Assembly: GCA_022605425.2 (NCBI GenBank)
Contig: CM061248.1
Span: 310,001 to 374,000, forward strand
DNA from: Hamiltosporidium tvaerminnensis FI-OER-3-3
Taxonomy: Eukaryota > Fungi > Microsporidia
Length of the DNA: 64,000 nt
Direction of reading: 5' to 3'
The notes below the pieces were generated by a model. That model did not search any database, was not told the origin of the DNA, and saw only the letters and a program-made list of their open reading frames with translations. This document shows positions 23,746 through 36,941 of the stretch, piece after piece (position 1 is the first letter of the stretch; every line of letters begins with the position of its first letter). Position numbers and translations under genes: made by a program.

Positions 23746-24989
23746 AAAATGTGGGTAAAGGAATTTTTTTTGAAGTTTATTTTTTAATTGATTTATAGGA
23801 TTTAAATTTTTGTTAAACCAGTGATTTTTTAGAGAGAAAGATATTTTATTTTGTAATTTAAGTTTAAGTTTAAGTTTAATTTTAAGTTAAATTTTTAATA
23901 ATTTTTAAGAAAAGGTCATCTGTTGTTGAATTCTTTTTATGGAATAAATATTTTACTTTTTGGCTTTGCGGTTTACATTTAAATCTGTTGCAACGAGAGA
24001 AAAATAAATATGGTAATCTTTTTAGTATTTCAAAGAATTTTTGTGCTATATTTTTTGGTTTTTAATTGATTTGGTAGAAAAGAGAAGAAAATATTTCTTT
24101 TATTGAATAAAAACCTGGAAATATGAATCTTATAATGTATTTTTAATTAAGTTGTTAAACTTTTGAAAATCATCCGTCAACATTCGTGTCACCATTGATA
24201 TGATTTTAATACACAGAATATTATTTGTTTATACTATATGATCAAAATTCTATAAATCAGTTATTAAATTTGTCTTATTGAATAGAGAATAACCACATTA
24301 AATATATCTTCTTAGTAATTATTGAGTGGGATAAGTGTGAAAATCCTTGTTTGGATTTTTAGTAGAATGAGACTATTTTTTTTGTTGTTTTGAGGGACTT
24401 GTATGAAGAGAAGCTGGTCTTAAAATTAGTGAAACCTTTTCTATAAAGAAGTTTAATAGATTTTATGTGATATAGGTGGGTATCAGGGCCGAACTTGTAG
24501 GTATTTCTATGCTTTTGAATAAGAAGTAACCTACTTATTCGGATTATAAATATTTGCATCTGAGATATACAGAAAACTTATTTTTGAAAAAGCAAAGAAT
24601 TCTACTAACTTGTAAATGCCGTTGATACAATACAGTAGTACCTAGGTAGATCCAGGTGATTCACGGAAATATATCCCAGCTTGAGTGTATTGAATTCTGA
24701 AGTGTAGATTAACTAAGAATGTTGCTTGTATAGGGTAAAGAGTGCCTATGGAAAGTTTTAAATTGCGATACCACTCGCGCATAGAATATGAAAAATGTCA
24801 GAGCAAAAGAGCTTATTAAATAGGTTTCCAGACATTTAAATTGAAAGTATTAGAAAGAAGTTGTCGCAGATGATATGGATGAAGTAATGAAATTTTTTCA
24901 AATCCAATTAAATCAGAAACAAAGTTAATGTTATTAAAACAGTCTAAATGTGCAATTTTTATCTAAAAATAAGTGATTTTATACATTAA

Positions 24990-27450
24990 AATGGTTCTCT
25001 AAGTTTGTTTTAAAGATCCAAAGTTTTACTTCTTTATTGTCAGTCGCTTTAATCAGTTCAATTTATTCCGGTAAAGTCGTATCATCTTTTATATTTATTT
25101 CTAGTTCTATAGTGTGGTTTCTCAAATTATAATAGAGATTGATATTTTTTGCTGTTTAAAGCCATTGGCCTCATTACTTGCCGTCTATAAAGCGTTTATT
25201 ACGGAATATTCCGTAGCTTTGTATATTGCCCATTGATGCTCTTCCCAACTTTTTTTTGACTTTGTTCTTGACTCAAGTCTTCTTTGTCAAAAAAATAGAG
25301 ATTGATTAGACCGTCTTTTTAGACACCATCAAGTAAACGTATGCAAGCATTGGATTAAAAGTTTTTTAAAGCCCTATTATGTTATTTTGTCACAGCCCGA
25401 CATATGTTATCCCATAAATGAGAATCACGGAACTTTAAATATACAAAAAACCAAACATTAGCTTATATGTGTACTTGTATGATTTTTAGTTTCAGGTTTT
25501 CGAGTTTAATCTTGGTAGTAATTTCTACCAAAAAAAAGTAACTGATTTCTTACTCTTATCTAAAATCTAGATATCTTTTTTATTATTGCGAATTTTGAAA
25601 TCGGTTTTTATTCTGATTTTCATGTATAATTATGTATACTTCGAAGAATTTCTTGAACTGGGTAATTCATACCTTTTCTTGAAAACTTAAATTCTAATAT
25701 ATTCAAGAAAAGTCAACGCAAACATATTAGACTTATTATATTGTCTATTCTAATGCTGGATAAGCTTTTTATATTTGAATGTTGTTAAATGCTTTATTGC
25801 TTTACAGAACAGATTATATGTTGGCTCATACATTCTGCTCCCTATAATACATTTCTATCCAGGATATAACATTACCCCGGATGATGATTTTTGTTTATTC
25901 TTTGTATTTATACTCTGAAAAGAAAATAACACATTATGGTCATCTCTATTAACCTTATGTAACTTGAATACAGTTTTTATTTTTCTATTTTATTATATTA
26001 GTCTTCAAGTTGAGAATTTCCATTTTTTCAGTTGAATCCATTATATACTGTATTATACTTTTAAAACGCATTTCTTTAGGCTAAGGCGAATTTTCTTAGT
26101 ATTTTAAATCATGAAAGGGTTTTCTCTTCTGATAATATTATATCGTTTTTTTCGATACAATCCAAGAGTTACGAAGTACATATCTTCTTCGCTACTCAAC
26201 ACTATTGTGGCCTGGTTCTTGTTTATGCAATCCATAAAATCCCTTTATATTTATTACTTTTTAAATATACAAATTTACAATCGATCTCGTTTGAACTGAG
26301 CTTTATGTTAAATAATAGTAAAATCGAATGTTTGTTTCTTTTTGTTCATTGGTATTTTAAAAAACATATAGAGGTTATTTTCGAGTCTAAGTAGTTTCAA
26401 TAAAATTAAGTTGGTTTTTTTAGGTTCTTGACTTTGATCATAGTTCTCTTACGGAGTATATAAAGTTATCCGTATGTTTCTTGTAACATAGTTTTAAGCA
26501 TGTTGGGTTTTAAGCGTTAAGATTTTCTTTTTTTATATTTTAACCGAGCGATATATTTTATAACCAAAATATTTAAATACTAAAAAGTGACTAGAAGAAA
26601 ATTTCTGTTAGCCATTACTGTGGGCTTCTTTTAGTCTGCCGATTTGAAGCAAAATGTGTAAATTATACGGAAATTTATGAATATTATTTTAAATGTCTTC
26701 GAAAACGAATTATATTTCTTACATAATTCACAAGTTTCACACTTTTTCTATCTTTTTATCAAATTTGTTATAAATTTTTATTTTAAAATATTTTGATAAA
26801 AGTGACTTTAGTGCTGTTTTTTTCTGTAAATTTTAACTGTTCCGAACATAATAATGATAAATATATCAAATCAGCTTTGTGTGTAAGTAAACCAGTCAGT
26901 TTTTCCAGAAAAAATCCAACAGATTTTTTAAAATTTATATCAAGAAATATAGTTTTTCTCCTTAAATATATAAAAAAATTATTCGAAATATTTCAATTAT
27001 CAAAGACTTGAAAAAATGTCTTTAAAATCAACGAGAATCGTCTTTAATAAACGAGCAAAATAATTATTACACAAGTGTTTTCTAACTTAGCATCATCAAA
27101 TTTTCAATGCAATATTATAATTGTCTATTAACTTCTATTAGACATTTTCATTCGAAGACAAATTTAAGGTAATTTTTTTTAAAATCTTCTATATATTAAA
27201 TCTCTTTTTTCCTTTAGATTCTTCATAAATTTCTGATTATAAATATATTCCTGTTTATTTTTACCTCGTATTTTCCACAAAAATAGTTGGAAATTTTAAT
27301 ATTTCAATAATATTCTATAATATAGTCTCGTATATTAATTATGAATTGTAAAATCGGTTAAAATAAAGTTGATTATACAAAGTTTAGTGGGCCATTCAAT
27401 AGAAGAATCATTATTCAAAATGAATTTTCGGGTACGAATGACAAAAGAAG
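24990..27450 (-). mobile_element. Decayed copy of the R4/Dong-like retrotransposon
   Basis: Reverse complement aligns with 17.7-19.8 kb, e.g. TATATCCTGGATAGAAATGTATTATAGGGAGCAG vs TATATCCAGGATAGAAATGTATTCTGGGGAGCAG. Clear to ~26.5 kb, tentative beyond. Confidence 0.75.
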
Positions 27451-30400
27451 AATAAATATTTATGAATAGCTTGTGATTTTCTCTTACACAATTTTTTTTT
27501 TCTTTCATATTTATATCAACAAATAATGAGCTTTTATTTATAAAAAAATCGAATAGTTGACCAGTTTTTCGAAAACATCTAACAAAAAATATTTAGTTTT
27601 CGTACATTTAAATTTTCTATATTTGGTATTAACATATTTAGTTAATATTCATTATTTATATATCTTTTACTTGCAATTTATTTTTCTTTCTTTTTTTATT
27701 AGATTTTGATTTATATTTAACTTCTCTCCTATCTTTTTGATTTGAATAATGTTAAATATTTAAGAATGCTACTGCATTTTTTATGGTTTTTATACTAAAA
27801 ATTAGCAACTAAGAGATATTGACATAATAGAAACATGATCAACACCATTTTTTTTAGATCACATAATTATTTAATAGTAAAAAAAATTTTAGGCTATTTA
27901 AATTCTGTATTCTGAAAATGAAATTTTGGCATAATCATAAAATAAAAAAAACTTCAGTTTGCAGTATTTATTTGTATAAATTTTTATTTCTAATTAGTCT
28001 ATTATAATAAATGTGAATCAATATTTCTGTATCTTTCTACTATATTTAGATTGGGATTAATCATTTTCTATCGAAATTTGATTATTAGTTTAATCTTAGT
28101 TGTCATTTAGAAACTTTTAAATTGGAGTTTAAACACCATCGATTGTTATATACCTCAATATTTTCATATATTCTGAGCTTTAAAGTGTAAATTATGATAT
28201 ATTGATAAAAATATTCTGCCTTGGATTCCGTACACATTTATCTTTTTGTAAAATCTATTAATGTGTGCGTTTATATAACCCAAATAATACTCTTACACCT
28301 ATCGATATCATAATGTATTGTTAATCTTAGATTGTATTTACAATAAATTGCTCATTTAATATACATTTACAGTCTATAATATATATAATTTATAATTTTG
28401 AGCTTTTAAACAATTTTATACTGTGGTATCAATCTCATATTCTCATATACTTATTTTTAAGGATATATGAACATAATACTCTTATAATAGCGACAGAATG
28501 TATGTTTTTTCTTTGTCCATGATGTGGAAATATTTAAATTCAATTATTACGAATAATATAGTAATATGGGTAACGCTTTTATAAAAAATCTTTTGGAACT
28601 TACTGATATGTCGAGTTTTTAGAAATTTGAAATTCTTAAACACAAATGATTACCTATTTTAGTAGAAAAAAACCAAACAAAAAGCTGTTTCACACAGTTT
28701 CATTTTTTCTTCACAAAAAATTTGAAGCAATAAAATCTAGTTATAATGAGATAATTAGGTTTAATATATAAAAATAAATTAAGGGATTAAAACATAAGTT
28801 TTCACACATCTCATCGTTTTTTTTACATCTTTCATAATCAGGATAAGTCTTGAATTATTTTATCATTTTCATTAATTTCTCTTCTTTTTTTCAGCTTTAA
28901 ATTGGGAAAATACATATTTTAGAATTTACTTACGGTTTAAAAACAAATATATTTAAAATATAATCATAAAATTTAAAGGTGAATATCTGAATTTTCAGAT
29001 TTCATTTTAAATATATTAGATTTAATGTATTATCTATAGTATTTATTTAAATACTTGATTAAATATGGGTTGACAAGTACTATGAATCCCGGACAAATGA
29101 AATTACAATATATTTTATATTATTAATTTAGAAAATTAAAGTATAAATAAGTACAAAGTTGGAAAAAAATGCATTTCAAATTGTTTAACTATGCTTACAT
29201 ACTTATGGTTATAATAAACAATATATACTCTTCTCCGTATCAAGCTTTAGTAAGATTTGGCGATTATAATCAAGTTGCTAATGATTAATATCGGGACTAT
29301 ATGAAACACGAACAGTTACTAACTAGTAATGAAGAGGCTATTCCCTTTGAAATTTTTTCGAGGTTTGCAGAACCTGTGAATATATATAATGATGAATATA
29401 ATAATGAAAATACTAGAAAAAGTATTCGTAAACGAATCATAATTGATGGCTCTCCTTATGTTATAGAATATTAGTTTACTGATACGATTGTTTGTATTTA
29501 AACGTTGAAACATATTATAAGCGAAAAAATAAGGTAAATAATAAAGTAATACTTTGTGTGGACTTCATGTTCTTGGTTTTCATAAATATTTTAGACTATG
29601 AATTTTTTGTATATGAGATTATCTTAAAAAATATACCAATTTTATTGTTCGTATCATCCGTAGATTACGAGAAGTTATTTTGATTGTTCGGTTTTCTTTG
29701 TTATATTAAATTGTTGCGTTACTTTAATCGAGGTTTTTTTGAACATTCGAATTTACGCTAATATATTCTTAATATGGTTGGTTTGGTTTTGTATTATTTT
29801 TAATGATTAAAATTCTTCTAAAAGCGTTTTATTTCATCTTTTCTAAATTATAAGACAGACTTGACTTGATAGCACATTTTTTTTTGGCAAGAAAAGTAAA
29901 TAAGTTAATATATCCATGTAGTATTGATTAAATAAATGTCTCTGGGTATGTTTAAATATGCGACTTATTTATACATCTATTGAAATTTTCAAATAATTCA
30001 AAATAAGGACATCTGATATATTATTTCCGCATTATACTTTCAAGAAGAGGCGTTTCTTAGACATAATAGTCATACTTCACTATATCTGTAATACATTAAT
30101 TCTGAAAAAACATGGCTAATTATTCTAAACTAATTTGCGCTAATATATAGTCTCTTTTATATCATAAGTATATTGGTTTATTGTTTTGAAATTAAATATC
30201 ATTTCCTGGTCTGTTATTTAAATATATTTTCATATACTCATTTCATAGATTTTATTGAACCGTGTCTTTGTATTAATATCTTTAAAACCAAAGATTTTTA
30301 TCTATTTGATAAGATGAAGGAAGTACTGTACAATTTTATAAGAAAAACTAATAAGTTATACTCATTCATATATCAAAGATTACTTCTAAAAGAAATCTAC

Positions 30401-30496
30401 TTTTCATAGAACAACAAACTCTTCACTCGTTATGATTTGAAAAAATTATTAGAATAAAACAGAATTATAAAATATATTTTTATTTATGATAACACT

Positions 30497-33400
30497 TTAT
30501 GATCTTTTTTTACTTGGTAGTGTTAAAAGATAAAGTGATCTTTTATCATGAAGCAAAGGCTTAGTAGTACCTTCTACAAACCTAAGTCCTCTGATATATT
30601 TTACAAAAACTATGTTAGCATTTGTAACATCCCAAATACTTAAATGATCACTAGAAAGACAAACAAGGTAATTTTCAAACATTTTAAAATCAGTAGGTAT
30701 ACAATGCCATGAAAATATAATATTTCTTTGTATTGTGTGGCCAAAACTATCAATAAAAAAACCAATACTATCGAAGCAAACAAGAAAAGTTGTATTAGTT
30801 ATTTTAAATATATTTTTTGCATATGAATTTTCTAAAAGAAAAAAGAGATATGGTGTACACGGATCTGAAGGATCTATCAACTCTTGTGTTCTAAGTGTAT
30901 CGGAATCCACAATTTCAAAGTCTTTACATGCAATTATAAGTTTTGCTTTAAGAAATTCTACTCTGGAAATATGAGAGCCAATATATAAACGTCGGTATAA
31001 TTTTATCTTTAAATATCCATCATTTTGAAAAACTTCAAAAAGATAAATTGAACCGGTTGTATCGGAAGATAATTTTTTTATTGCAATATAATTCTTTTCC
31101 ATTGTCATTCCATAAAAAAAAGTGTCTGTATCATCCATAACGATTGTTTCTTCTAGAAATGTACTTTCTGGTTCCAGAATGCTTACTAATAGTGTATCTC
31201 CTTGTTGGTAAATTAAAAAATCCATTCTTATGTCATAAATCATTTTTTTTACTGATTTTTCATATATCTTTGTTATTTCTCCATTATATTTCTTATAAAC
31301 ACCATTTTTTTGAGAAATCAATAAAAATCCTTCTTCTTTCCGTCTAGCTTCATTCAAATTATGGGAAGAACGTCGTGTAGAGGCACGCAAACTACTTTCC
31401 ATTCTCAAGATTTTTTTGGTAAAGAAACCACCGACAATTTTTCGTGGGTTTATAATATTTCTATTGCTATGATGTGTTGCTGTATCGTTATTTTCTGCGG
31501 AGGCTTCATTTCGTTGAGATATTTCTTCACTATTACGATTTGGATTTCTTATATTTGAGTCCGATTCTATTTTTGATGTATTTGAAACTTCACTTTCCAC
31601 CTTTTCAAAACCATTGTTTTTGCTATATAAAGATGATGTAGAATCGGGATTTAAAGAGGTATTATTTGAAAGATAATCGTTTTTGCTTTCAGCATTGGTG
31701 TTTGTATCAAAATTAAAATTTGAAGAGGCCTCGGTATTTGATTTCATTTCTTCTGAATCGGATAATTTTGGATCAGGTGCATCTAACCGCACCATTTCAT
31801 TACGTGCTTTATCACCTACATTATTTATACTCGGATCAATCATAGAGTTTCTATTATTATTAGACAAATTGTACATCGAATGAGTTTCATCCAGGGTCAA
31901 CCCCGAAGAAGAATTATAATGTGCGTCTGATATCAACCAATCACTAGAAACTTCATGATACTGTGGTTCTTCGATTCTTAAATTATTAATTCTATTTATT
32001 AAATTCGGATTTTTTAAATCTGTCTCATTCTCATGTTTCGAACTTTCACTTAATGCCATCATTTTTTCTTTTGTCTCATCTTCACTTCTCATTGTATCGT
32101 TTTTATGTTCCAAATCCTCACAATAAGGATTTAAATTCTCTTTCTTATCATTTTTATGTTCTAAATCTTTTTTATTTGAATCAGCTCCCATAGTTGTTTC
32201 GGATTTAAAAGAAGTGGATTCTACATTCCGAATAGAACTATAATTTTCGTTTGTATCACTTGCTTTCACGTTTCATTTCAATCTTATTTTGGCTTAAAAG
32301 TGTCTTTAAGTTGTTTATTCATATTTTCTGCAATTATTTTTGTTCCATATTTATCATCTGGGCATGAAATACAATCAATATCGTGTAATTTGAATTCATG
32401 AATTTTAGAAACACTAATATCTTCAATAAATTTACTTTTTATTTCATTCATCGCTTTAGAAATATCCTTTAAATAAATATCTCTGATATTGGTTTCTTTA
32501 AAATAAAAACTTATTATCTTTTTTCCATTTACGTCAATAAGATACAAAGGAAATAAATCTTTTATGAAAGGAGATTTTTCTTCATATTCGTCTATTTTTG
32601 TCGTAGAAGCAATATAATGTACAAGTGGTATTGGATCTTCACAGATATATTTCATGTCCCCGGTAGGTTGTGTGATCAAATCTGTTATAAGAATATAATT
32701 ATCTAATATTATTACTCGTAAAAGTCTTAAATCATGAAAATCCGTTTTAACCAATATATCACCTTCTTTTATTATTCTTCTATTTTTTTGAAACAGACAA
32801 AAACCCGCACTCGATGTAATGTAAGATTTATACTGTAATTGTTTACTGAGCTTAAAAACAGCAAATTGTTCATTTGTAGTTCCATAAACACCATCTATTA
32901 TTTTATTTACTGATTTAAATTTATCAATAAGGAGTGAAATTTTATTTTTATATTCTTCATCCTTTTTCATTTTTCAAAACCGCCTTCCATAAAATATCAT
33001 ACCTTGCCATTTTTTGACTTGGCCTGTAAAGAAAATGTTTGAATTCCTAAATTACTTATTTTTTTCTCTTTTAAAAAGGTAGTAACTTCTCTATAAAAAA
33101 TACGATTGTTTTTTAATTCTCTATCCATTTCAAATTCAGCAAGAGACAGATTCCCAGAATAATATTTATATATTTCAAACGTATCTATATTCTCCAAATA
33201 TATACTATGATATTCTAAATTGCTATAAACATTTTCATCTTCCTTTCCAATTCCTTTAAGTTCTAAAGATACAGAAATATTTATAGTATTTTTATTATTA
33301 CCATCAATTCCATTATTATCCATTATTTTATATTTTCCATTATCTTTAAATTTATTATTTTCTGTAAGTTCAATGTTTATTTTGGTCATTTCCTCGTACA

Positions 33401-33602
33401 ATCTGCAATGTAGATTCAAAATCGATTCCAGGTTTGAAAAAACAGCTTCTGTCAAATCATATTTACGTTGTGGTGGAAGTGACTTTAAACTTAAAATATA
33501 TTTTTTAAAATCTTTGCACCATACATTCAAATCGTTGATATATAGCTTTTCTGATTCGTATATTTCTGATAATGCTTCAAGTCTTTTTCTCTCGTTAGAC
33601 AT
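30497..33602 (-). CDS. Rom1/Rom2-type RhoGEF (DH-PH-CNH), split into three ORFs by frameshifts (error or pseudogene)
   Basis: ERKRLEALSEIYESEKLYINDL (DH start); FLYRPSQKMARYDILWKAVL in a shifted frame; PH (EGDIL..VIILDNYILIT); C-terminal CNH (FLVCFDSIGFFID). Confidence 0.82.
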
Positions 33603-34742
33603 TCGTATTTATTTTAATTTGTTTTTATTTGTTTATTTTAAATGAAATATTTGAAACAAATTTATCAAAATACATTCTGATCTTTGATTTATTTTTTTGG
33701 TGCAAAAGAATATTCCGAAGGATTTTTATGAAGTTTGGCTTCATATTTAGCTCATCACTCCTTATTTAAATAACTATTCTTGTTTCCTATTTATTTTTTT
33801 TATTCTCTCTAATTCACTTAAAAATTCTTCTTTTCCTTCGATTTCTTAGATTAATTCAAGAATATATTTTTTTTCTTAACAGTAAATTCACTTGAGAAAT
33901 TATATTTCAGCTTCTTAAAATTTCTCAGTATTGAAAATATATGAACTGAGAAGGAAATATCAAAGTAATAAATGAATATAAAACAAATATTTTTTATTTT
34001 AAATAGATACATTAAAATAATAGATTCATAAATTATTTGGATATTCTTGGTATTATGTTCTGCAACTCAAAGCTTTTTTCTAACATTTTTAGTATCGTTT
34101 TCCATACCTAGTCATTGTTTGATTAAGTTTCATCTGATAGTAATTCCTTCTGATACTTTTTAATCAGTATGTTCAAGAGTTACAAAAAATGGTTAAGGAA
34201 ATCTTCTAAAATTTTTTAGCATTATATAATGAAACCTTTTTGTGAAAATAGAGCAATTTCATTGAAAGTCCGAGTTAAAAATACGTTTTAAAATATTTTT
34301 AGTAAATATTATAACTAATTGAACGTTTCTATTTAAGACAAAGAATAAAGTACATTTAAATTATAAATGAAAATGTATAAAAGCTTTTCGATTTGTTTCT
34401 AAAAAATATGTGTAACGCCAAATGAAAATATAAGTAGAAAAATAAGTGGTGGAATTGTAGAATGTCGTATCTATAGAAAATATAAATATATTTTCAAACT
34501 GAATTAAAGATGCTATTTAATTTGAAGAATAGATTTATATTTAATGTATTTTATATTTCTAAAGAATTATACTTTTGTAATAACTAGGAATTGAAACCGA
34601 ATTATATATTTAGGGAATAAAGAAAAATATGTGATAATATCTTTTTTTGTAATGAGATGTACATCGAAATTATTTATAAAGATTTATTTGTAGACTTTTC
34701 AATATTTTAACTATTTAGGAATAATTTGATAAATATATTTTT

Positions 34743-35795
34743 TTAATTAAGCATATTTCTCAGTTCATTTCTTAATTTATCTGCCAATTTAAATATTAAA
34801 TCTATGTTTTTTTTATTACAAGATTGCAATTCGACCATGCATGTTTCGAAATCAGAACATATTAGTGTATCCTTCATATCTATAAGTATTGAAACTGCAC
34901 AAAATGTTACCATTTCAAACCTATTATAATCTGATAAGAATTTATCCCATAGAAGTATAACTTTATCCAAGGAGAATTCGTGTGACAGAAGTAATGAAAT
35001 CCATCTGAAATGAAAAAAATTATTTAAAAGACCTTTTTCTTCCATAGAATTGTATAAATGTGAATCTGCTAATTTTAACAATTTAAACACATTGTTCATT
35101 TTACTTCTAATTCCGTTCTCTTTATCAAAATCCATATCCTGTATAAAATTCTCACCTATTTCAGCCATGAGATTATAAAAACAAAAAAATGAATCTTCTT
35201 CCGCATATAACCTATCTTCCTCATCGATACTGTTTATCATTACATAATAAATTGGTATTAATATCATATTCATTCCTTGAACATACCCTATTGAGGAATT
35301 GGTGATTTTATATGTTAGAAGAATTCTTTTAATCGAATCTCTGTGTGAAGAAGAAAAATTCAATGAAGAATTATCTGAATCGAGAAATTTACAATGAATT
35401 TTCTCTACGTTGTTTTCTTTTACTGTAAAAGGAAACAATATTGTTCTATCAATATCATTATTTATAATTCTATCACATAATAATTTTATATTCTTTTGTC
35501 TAATAGCATTTTCATAGTAAAATTTGTAATGTTTTCTTCTACTTTTAATGAAATGATCGTATTTGAATTTGTTTTTGGGAAAGTATCCAAGAAATAATTT
35601 CCAGTATTTAGGACGTAAATATTTATTGCAATAACCGTTATAGCAATATAATTTTAATTGATTCAAATCTAAAAATAAATTGTCTTTATGATCAAGTTGA
35701 CGACATATTCTTTTGAATACTAGAAGCGCTTCTTCTTCAGTTAAAATATTCTTTTTACATAAAAGTAGGTCTTGTATTTCATTTTCTTCATCCAT
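34743..35795 (-). CDS. TBC-domain Rab GTPase-activating protein
   Basis: LRPKYWKLFLGY, INNDIDRT (R finger), GYVQGMN (Q finger), FRWISLLLSHEF, LWD. Confidence 0.93.
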   Translation of the reverse strand: MDEENEIQDLLLCKKNILTEEEALLVFKRICRQLDHKDNLFLDLNQLKLYCYNGYCNKYLRPKYWKLFLGYFPKNKFKYDHFIKSRRKHYKFYYENAIRQKNIKLLCDRIINNDIDRTILFPFTVKENNVEKIHCKFLDSDNSSLNFSSSHRDSIKRILLTYKITNSSIGYVQGMNMILIPIYYVMINSIDEEDRLYAEEDSFFCFYNLMAEIGENFIQDMDFDKENGIRSKMNNVFKLLKLADSHLYNSMEEKGLLNNFFHFRWISLLLSHEFSLDKVILLWDKFLSDYNRFEMVTFCAVSILIDMKDTLICSDFETCMVELQSCNKKNIDLIFKLADKLRNELRNMLN

Positions 35796-36383
35796 TTTGT
35801 GAATAAGCTGCTGAAATATAAAGATATTGTATCTGAAACAATATATTCATCAAAGTTATGATAAAATTTAGATTGTAGATGTTTCATATCTCACGAATGA
35901 ATTTCTAAAATATAAATTATATTGAAAAAAGGTTATTTATATTAAACTAAAGAAATGTTTTACAAATACTATAAAATATATAAATACATTTATCTATTTT
36001 TTAAAAATCTTAATCTCACAATCAATATATATATTTTCACTTATTCGGTTTTTAGTATAAATATCAATTCTATCTTTATTTACAACCTATTAAATTATGA
36101 ATTATAATACAAAAACTTTACTGTAATCTATTATATTAATCAATATTAAAAGATAATCACTTATTTCTTAAGATAATGTTATTAATTTAATACTTAAATA
36201 AAAAAATGATTTGTACTTTTTATAAAAAATGTCCAATACACATATTTTTAATCGTTTGAAAATTAAGTTGTGGTAATCGACCAATAAATTCGTAAAAATT
36301 TGTAAATTAAATTATTATTGAGTTTTATTGGTTTGGTTTATATTTGAAAAGGAGAATATTAAAGTTCTATTTCGAGTTTTAGT

Positions 36384-36941
36384 ATGGGAATGAATTATCT
36401 ATCTGGCATAGAAAACGGCGCCTTTTATGAAGGCGAGCAAATGACACCAACAGGACCATTTAAAATAGATATGAAGGTAGAATTAATACAGCTAAGACAG
36501 GGATTTTTATGTGGTGTGTTTAGAATATACAATCTAACAAAAGAGCACGATCTTCTTATAACGTATTTTGAAGGTGAAATTATGGGAACATATACCAATC
36601 CATTTTTACCGGCTCTTACAAGCGAAGCAGAGGATGATATACTTCATTGGAATAAATTTCCGGAATGGGAATTGAATTATATTTCTGAACCAGAATCTTA
36701 TGATTATGAAGCCAATAATTTTCTATACATTAAAATTAAAGAAAGGTTTTTATTACCCGATCCATCAATAAAAAACATACCAGGTGCATCTATAGAAGGA
36801 TTATACTATTGTAGGTATAGTAAACAAAAGGATTTTTTTAGTGGATTTTATTTTTATAAAAATTATACTTCCAATACTTCACAGCATCTTAAACTTCAAA
36901 GAACAAAAAAAAGAACAGCTGAATATTATGAGTTTTGTTAA
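36384..36941 (+). CDS. GID4: GID complex substrate receptor Gid4/Vid24-like
   Basis: LCG, LITYFEGEI, DILHWNKF, KERFLLPD, IPGASIEGLYY, GFYF motifs. The start could be the second ATG (36390). Confidence 0.85.
   Translation: MGMNYLSGIENGAFYEGEQMTPTGPFKIDMKVELIQLRQGFLCGVFRIYNLTKEHDLLITYFEGEIMGTYTNPFLPALTSEAEDDILHWNKFPEWELNYISEPESYDYEANNFLYIKIKERFLLPDPSIKNIPGASIEGLYYCRYSKQKDFFSGFYFYKNYTSNTSQHLKLQRTKKRTAEYYEFC

Noticed and set aside
29319-30409. Short AT-rich ORFs / possible pseudogene
   Set aside because: No recognisable motif; length expected by chance at this base composition.
33024-33055. 32-nt GT..AG intron as an explanation of the RhoGEF frameshift
   Set aside because: Splicing would delete the conserved FLYR residues and lead to a stop.
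2302-33645. Short ORFs antisense to or overlapping the main genes (e.g. 2302-2712, 7707-7892, 8292-8624, 18454-18780, 19507-19827, 30735-31883, 33373-33645)
   Set aside because: Shadow frames of real CDSs, with no motifs.
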